From Tubiluchus corallicola (taxonomy: Eukaryota > Animalia > Priapulida), in assembly GCA_030141605.1 (NCBI GenBank), contig JAQGDQ010000416.1, positions 124,001-188,000 on the forward strand: 64,000 bases of DNA. Direction: 5' to 3'. Each line of letters begins with the position of its first letter. The stretch's first letter is position 1. Positions 58,392 to 64,000 of this stretch are shown piece by piece. A program made the position numbers and the translations under genes. The notes under the pieces were generated by a model. The model was not told the origin of the DNA, ran no database searches, and saw only the letters and a program-made list of their open reading frames with translations.

Positions 58392-61300
58392 ATGAATGCA
58401 GTGATTGCCTTGACTCACTTTTGTGAGCTTCACGGTCCTAGTATTGTATTCTGCACACAAGCATTTCATGCACAGGATCCTATTGATATACTTGATGCCA
58501 GCACATCTCAGCCTGATTTTAATGTTAGTCAACGAAACATTGATGGTGAGTGCCGGTTTTCACAAACTCTTTTAATTACTGTGTTGTGATTAAAAACTTC
58601 TGATAATTACCGAATTAGTAATGATCTGATAATTACTGATAATTTTAGGTTTTGCTGAACTTAACACATTTTTAAGTGATAACTGGAGTCTGAAGATATG
58701 GATCTTTTTTATCTTAACTTCTGCTCACATAATGTATTTTCATCTGACACTTGAAATTTCAGTTTATGTATACTTGCCAACTTTTGAAAGAAAAATTCGG
58801 GAGATGTTAGTAAAATAGCAGTTGGACAACTATAAGATGGAATTGTTATATTGTAGAGACTGTTAGCCAACACTCAGGAGATATAATTTTCTATGGCAGT
58901 ATCGAACCATGGCTCCGTTCAAAGTCTTCAAGCTCAGTTCCTTCAACACCAGGATCAGGACATTTGGGTGTTGGACTTTCAACTGCTGGGGGAAATGTTT
59001 CTGAAATGTGTGAGGTAAACGCCAAAGTTTGTGATGTATTTTCTTGATATATTAATAACAGCTCTGTAGTTGACTCGTTTCATTTTTTTGCTTATTGTCT
59101 CTAATATTTTACTATTATTTAGGCTTGTAAGTCTATGCCAGCTGGACAACCTGGATTTATTAGCAATGATCATGAAGCGAAAATAAGTTACATTAGCAGT
59201 CAATACCCTTGTCATCCTGAGATATTTAGCATTGTTCGACAAGCATGTGTAAGGAGCTTAAGTTGCGAGGTAAGAAAATATTAGAGTTTAATTGTTAACT
59301 AAGTATTTAAGTAGTGTTTGCCTGAAAAAATAGTGCTATAATAAATTTGTGCTTTACTAGTTACAAAATCATTTACAGCTTACCTTAATTCATCTTACAG
59401 GTTTGTCCTGGCAGAGAAGGTCCAATATTTTTTGGCGACGACCAACGTGGGCATGTATTAAGCCATACGTTCTTTGTGAAGGATAGTCATGCTCGCGGGT
59501 TTCAGCGTTGGTATAGCATACTCGTTGTAATGATGGATAAAATATTTTTGCTCAACTCTTGGCCATTCCTTGTCAAGCACATTAGGTCAGATATTACTTA
59601 CTAAAGCAGCTTTTCTCTTTTAGAATTGATAGATTTGTAAAGCACAGCTCAGCGATAAATTACAGTAACTGAGTGACTTGATTATTTATTACTTCTACAA
59701 TATTTGCTTTTGTAGAATTTTCAATTTTGAAGATGATTCTGTTCAACAATTGTTAACATATTCATCTGACTGTATATTATGGGCCTAATTATAAAAATCA
59801 GTAATTTCAATCACTCACACTTAACTGTACATGAATACATTTCAGATATTTGTTATTACTTAACAGTGCTGAAAACCTTTTCTTTAAATTTCTAGAATCA
59901 TTATCGACATCATACAAGAAAAGGCACTGAAAGTTTATGAAATGGAGCAGACAGAATGTCCTCAGAGGTCATTGAGGTTAGGCAGCGGAACAAACCCACG
60001 AGATTTTCTTCGGCATCGAGGGATGAACAAACCTGCTAGGTCTTTGGTAAATATTAAATTTGTCAGTAGTAAATTTAGTAGCCATTGTTATATATATTTA
60101 ACATTTCTGAAAATTGCTCAAAATCTACAAAATGTCACATAGGTTTCTGGTTTTCCTTATTTCTACAAGGACACATCAACTCACAGAGGTTTAAAGGGAA
60201 GCTGGCACTTGGTTTGTGAATGTTTATTGGTACTTGTCACTGTACGGAGACAGGCTTTTTTTGCTAAATTTAAATTATGCTAATTTGCAGAGAGCTAAAT
60301 TTACTCAGAGTAAAAACATTTAAACTCTCATTTAACTAAGTTTCTTCCCACTGGTTGCCTTTATTTCCAGAATAAATACAAATGTACACTTACTTGCCAG
60401 TTTCTAATGCAACAAAAGAATGGGTATTGTTGATAACAACATTGTAACCTCTTAACTCCATCAGGACCACACCATTCAAAATAGGTCTTATAAAACCTGT
60501 GACTTTTCTGCTACTGTATGAGCACAGAGATAACTAAATGATTACAAATTAGGTACTGTTCTATTCAGGAGAATCTCGATTATCCAACCATGGATAAGAG
60601 ATTATATTATAAGAGATTTAATTAGATAAAATTAAGAAAAATACGCCCTTTTCAGACACTCCAACTTAGCCTATTGAGTAGCTTAGTCTGGTATACACTT
60701 GTGTGATTGTACACACTACTTTATTACATATTACTTTATTAGAAACCTACAAAAATTATCGAACATGACCCAATCGCAGCTTACTGAGAGCAGTTTTTCA
60801 TGAACCCATGTAAAATGCAGCAAACACTTACGGTCCTGAAGGAGTTAAGTGCTAATGTTTCGTTGCACCATCAGCATCATCATGACAGTGTGCAGTGAAA
60901 CCTAAATATTAAAAGTGTACCGTGTACCGTGTTGTTATCAACAATAGCATTACTTTTGTGCATTACAAATACTCGGGTTCCCCAAGCATAAACCAGTTTC
61001 TTATTATTTGTTAAGTAATAATACTTTCAACAGACTTTGGCATGATAAAAATGAAGATGACTTATTAGTGTTTAATTTGAGCTAACATCAGTTCACTTTA
61101 TTTACTTGTTTTATAAACCATACAATAAGACACTTTTTTAATTCTTATCCTTGGGTTCAACGTTTAGTCTATAAGGCATTACCTTCGCTCTTTTGTATTT
61201 TATTAATGTGTTGTTTAGGTAGAGCTAACTCAGGAAAAAGACTTATTCCAGAGATTTCATTTTTGGTTCACCTGGCTTCTGAAAGCTGGAGGAACTCGCA

Positions 61301-63319
61301 TGTCCGAGAGACTTCTTGAAGGACCACCAACGGAGGACACTGTCATTGACATGGAAAGACAGGAAGGTTAGAGGCCATCTGCTCTAATAACTGGTGCATT
61401 ACAATTTACTTACAAGTGCATTGTAAAAAATAGCTGTTAGCATTTATTATGATTATTATAAATATTTTATTAGTTCCATCAATTCAGTTATAAGCACTAG
61501 TTTCAAAATAGTAAGACATAATGAATCTGTTAACAAGATTCTGTAACTTGCATTGATTTCCTGTTTTAAATGCTAATTTATTATTTGTGATAATATTTAT
61601 CAAGAAACTGCATTTCTAAAAGGAGATATTTTTCTTTCTTCACATCACAGAAACTGAGGAAGGATTTGTGAAACTTTTTACTAAAAACCTGGAAGTGACT
61701 AAGAAATCAGATGCTTCCTGTGATAATACTTTAGAATCTCAAATCAACGCTTCACTGGCTTCACAGGAAAAGGATTCATCTTCCAGTGGGCCAACATTCA
61801 AAAATTTGAGGCATTTGCTAAGGGTAACTAAAGTACAATTAAAAGGATATTTTAGAAATTTGAAGTTTTAATTGTTGCAATTGCATTTTTCTCTTTGTCT
61901 AATTTTGTTTTTGCAGTCATCACGGTATGTGCGTTAGCTATCTGACATATTTTACTTACTTTTTAATGTATTAAAACTGAAATTTTTTTCACTAGGATCG
62001 AAACTTTTGAAAGCTGACAAATTAGTAGTGCATCCTTTCATCTTTTTGATGTCATTCAATTAACTAGTTTATAATATTTGTGCGCTTAACCCTGTGATAG
62101 GTTTAACTTGAAAGATTAATTAAAATTTCTAGAAAAACAAATTTTTTTTATTAAGTTTTAAGTATACAGTTATCTGAGTAATGTAGAATTTCAGTGTGGC
62201 AAGAATTTGATATTAGTGTTAAAGACAGGTAAAGTTAACACACAAAAAAATTCAACTCTCTTAATTGATATTTAACAACAAAATATTGATATGACATGTT
62301 ATGTTAGATTCTTCTTATGTTTGTAGGTATTGGAGTATGAGAAGTTTCATTTGTTATGCCATCATGCAATAATAGGCAATCAAGTTATTGTGCGAGGCTG
62401 TAATCCTCGGCTTGTTGCATCTGTGATCCAGGCTTTAGAAGTATGGAAAAATTTTCTTAAAACTAAAACATCTCTTAAAGAAACTTCAATTCATCAGTGA
62501 ATTTGATAAAAATGTTGAAATATTTTTCAATGTCCTTTTTTGAAAATGCTGTCTTTGTTTCTCTTGGTGCGCAAGTGTAAATATAGCAGTTTTTACTTGG
62601 TTTTTCTAAGTCGAAAACAAAATGAGGTGGTTGGGCTTAAGCAGAAGGAAATGCTATTTTAAAGTATGTCCCAAAAAATTTCCCCCACAAAGTTATATTA
62701 ATTAGCATTATCCTTACTTGCTTGAAAGACTTATGTAAATAGAAAAAAAATTCTTACTTAAAATATTTGTTCCTCCTGGTAAAATGGCACTGCATCGGCT
62801 TCCTAGCGTGCACCACCAAAAAACACATTATTGTCGTTATTGACAACATAAAGTAATTTAAACTTTTGCTTAGTTAGTGAAAAGTGTGCTACGAATGCAC
62901 TGGTTATTCAGACTTTATGCAGTGATTTCTAACTTATTACTAAATGACTTAACGATGCTTAAGGTCATCGCAGGAGTTGAAATTTATAAGTTTTATACAG
63001 TATTACACTAACGCAAGCTCTGTATGCAATAAGGTTGCATGTATGTTAAATAAAATTTCAAGGTGAATTTTTTCGACAGCATGTAAGCAGACAAATTAAC
63101 TGAATTTTAATATTTTTACAAGAAATAATTTGAAATTGGAGTTTAGCAATAGCAAAATAGTTGCATAATTAGAAAGATTAATTATACAAAACATGTCAAA
63201 ACTAAATACTGAGATGGTGTAAATAATTTCGTTTTTACAGAGCTTGTTACCAAAAGGTTGTTGCAGAAAGATTGTTTGGAGTTCTGTTTATGAGGATTCT
63301 TGGAAGTGCAATTTCCTTG
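58392..63319 (+). CDS. FLCN: Folliculin, first 9 coding exons (gene continues beyond the window)
   Basis: Exons 58392-58545, 58857-59014, 59123-59269, 59401-59585, 59896-60046, 61219-61366, 61651-61823, 62327-62440, 63241-63319; GT-AG, in phase. Motifs: [87 protein letters not shown]. No stop codon reached. Confidence 0.97.
60456..60844. mobile_element. piggyBac-type MITE (TTAA TSD) nested in an older inverted-repeat element (~60406-60964)
   Basis: TTAA|ctccatcaggacc ... ggtcctgaaggag|TTAA. Outer IR: aatgcaacaaaagaatgggtattgttgataacaaca / tgttgttatcaacaatagcattacttttgtgcatt. Confidence 0.8.
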
Positions 63320-63379
63320 GTAAGTTAGTGCTTATGTCCTTTAAAGTGAACTGCTGTGTTAGATATATATAACATAATA

Positions 63380-63790
63380 TCAGTTTACGTTGTAAAAATC
63401 TGTCTGCAACAGATTTATCTGATACAAAGTGTCACAGACGAAATTTTCCCACACACTACAGCTTTGTCTGACAAAGTAATAGCAGTAAACATTTATCAGA
63501 TGAACGTGACAAAATCTTTGGTCTGATCTGACTTTGTATGACACAAGTTGAGGCACCGTGCGCACAGACGAGCAGGGCGAGTTTATCAGATACAGAAATT
63601 TTAGCATGTTTAATAAAAATATACATCCGATAAAGTTCACAAAACGACATTTATTGACAGAAACTTTGGCATGTTTAATAAAAATCTACATCTGATAAAG
63701 TTCACAAAACGACATGTATTGAGGCCTCCCCATAGCAAAAGTGTTTGACAAAGTTGTCTGACAGATTTTGCATAGTGTGTGCCCAGTTAT
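63380..63790. mobile_element. MITE-like element with an internal 65-bp direct duplication
   Basis: Inverted aaaatctgtc...ttatc / gacaaagttgtctgacagatttt ends. acagaaa.ttt.gcatgtttaataaaaat.tacatc.gataaagttcacaaaacgacat occurs twice (~63592-63721). Confidence 0.55.
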
Positions 63791-63922
63791 AAGCATTTCG
63801 GTATTTCATTTTGTAGCTGTCTCACCCAAGGTCTACTGATTTATTTTTGAAATGTTAGTAACACAGGATAAAACATGCACAATATTCTGTTGTTAGCAGA
63901 TTAATAGATTTTACCTGACAGG

Positions 63923-64000
63923 TAATGCTTTTGTGCTTTTTCAGTGCACAGATAATGCTCTAATGCTTTTTCACTGCACAAGTAATGCTTTAGTGCTTCC
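63923..64000. repeat. 30-bp tandem repeat running off the window end
   Basis: taatgcttttgtgctttttcagtgcacaga / taatgctctaatgctttttcactgcacaag / taatgctttagtgctt... Confidence 0.7.

Overview
AT-rich, intron-rich animal (probably invertebrate) genomic DNA, not prokaryotic. Reading splice sites by hand gives five spliced genes. These are a SAM/PNT-only mae/edl-like gene (+, 3 coding exons, ~181 aa), TBCD (-, 30 exons, ~1189 aa), PIGQ/GPI1 (+, 9 exons, ~580 aa), CCP110/CP110 (-, 9 exons, ~964 aa) and the 5' part of FLCN (+, 9 exons, runs off the window). A probable last coding exon of an unidentified coiled-coil gene lies at 3-176. TBCD/PIGQ and CCP110/FLCN are head-to-head pairs. Introns and intergenic DNA are full of mobile DNA: a truncated CR1-type LINE, several hAT-type MITEs with 8-bp TSDs (some nested), a piggyBac-type TTAA MITE, a decayed Merlin (IS1595/ISXO2-like) transposon, fold-back elements, and mini- and microsatellites. 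The least expected signals are minimal Penelope-type hammerhead ribozyme motifs in introns, the mae-like gene, a recent 3x31-aa internal repeat in CP110, and the nested Merlin. I cannot support a wholly new biological system from the sequence alone. All family assignments are from recalled motifs, not database searches.
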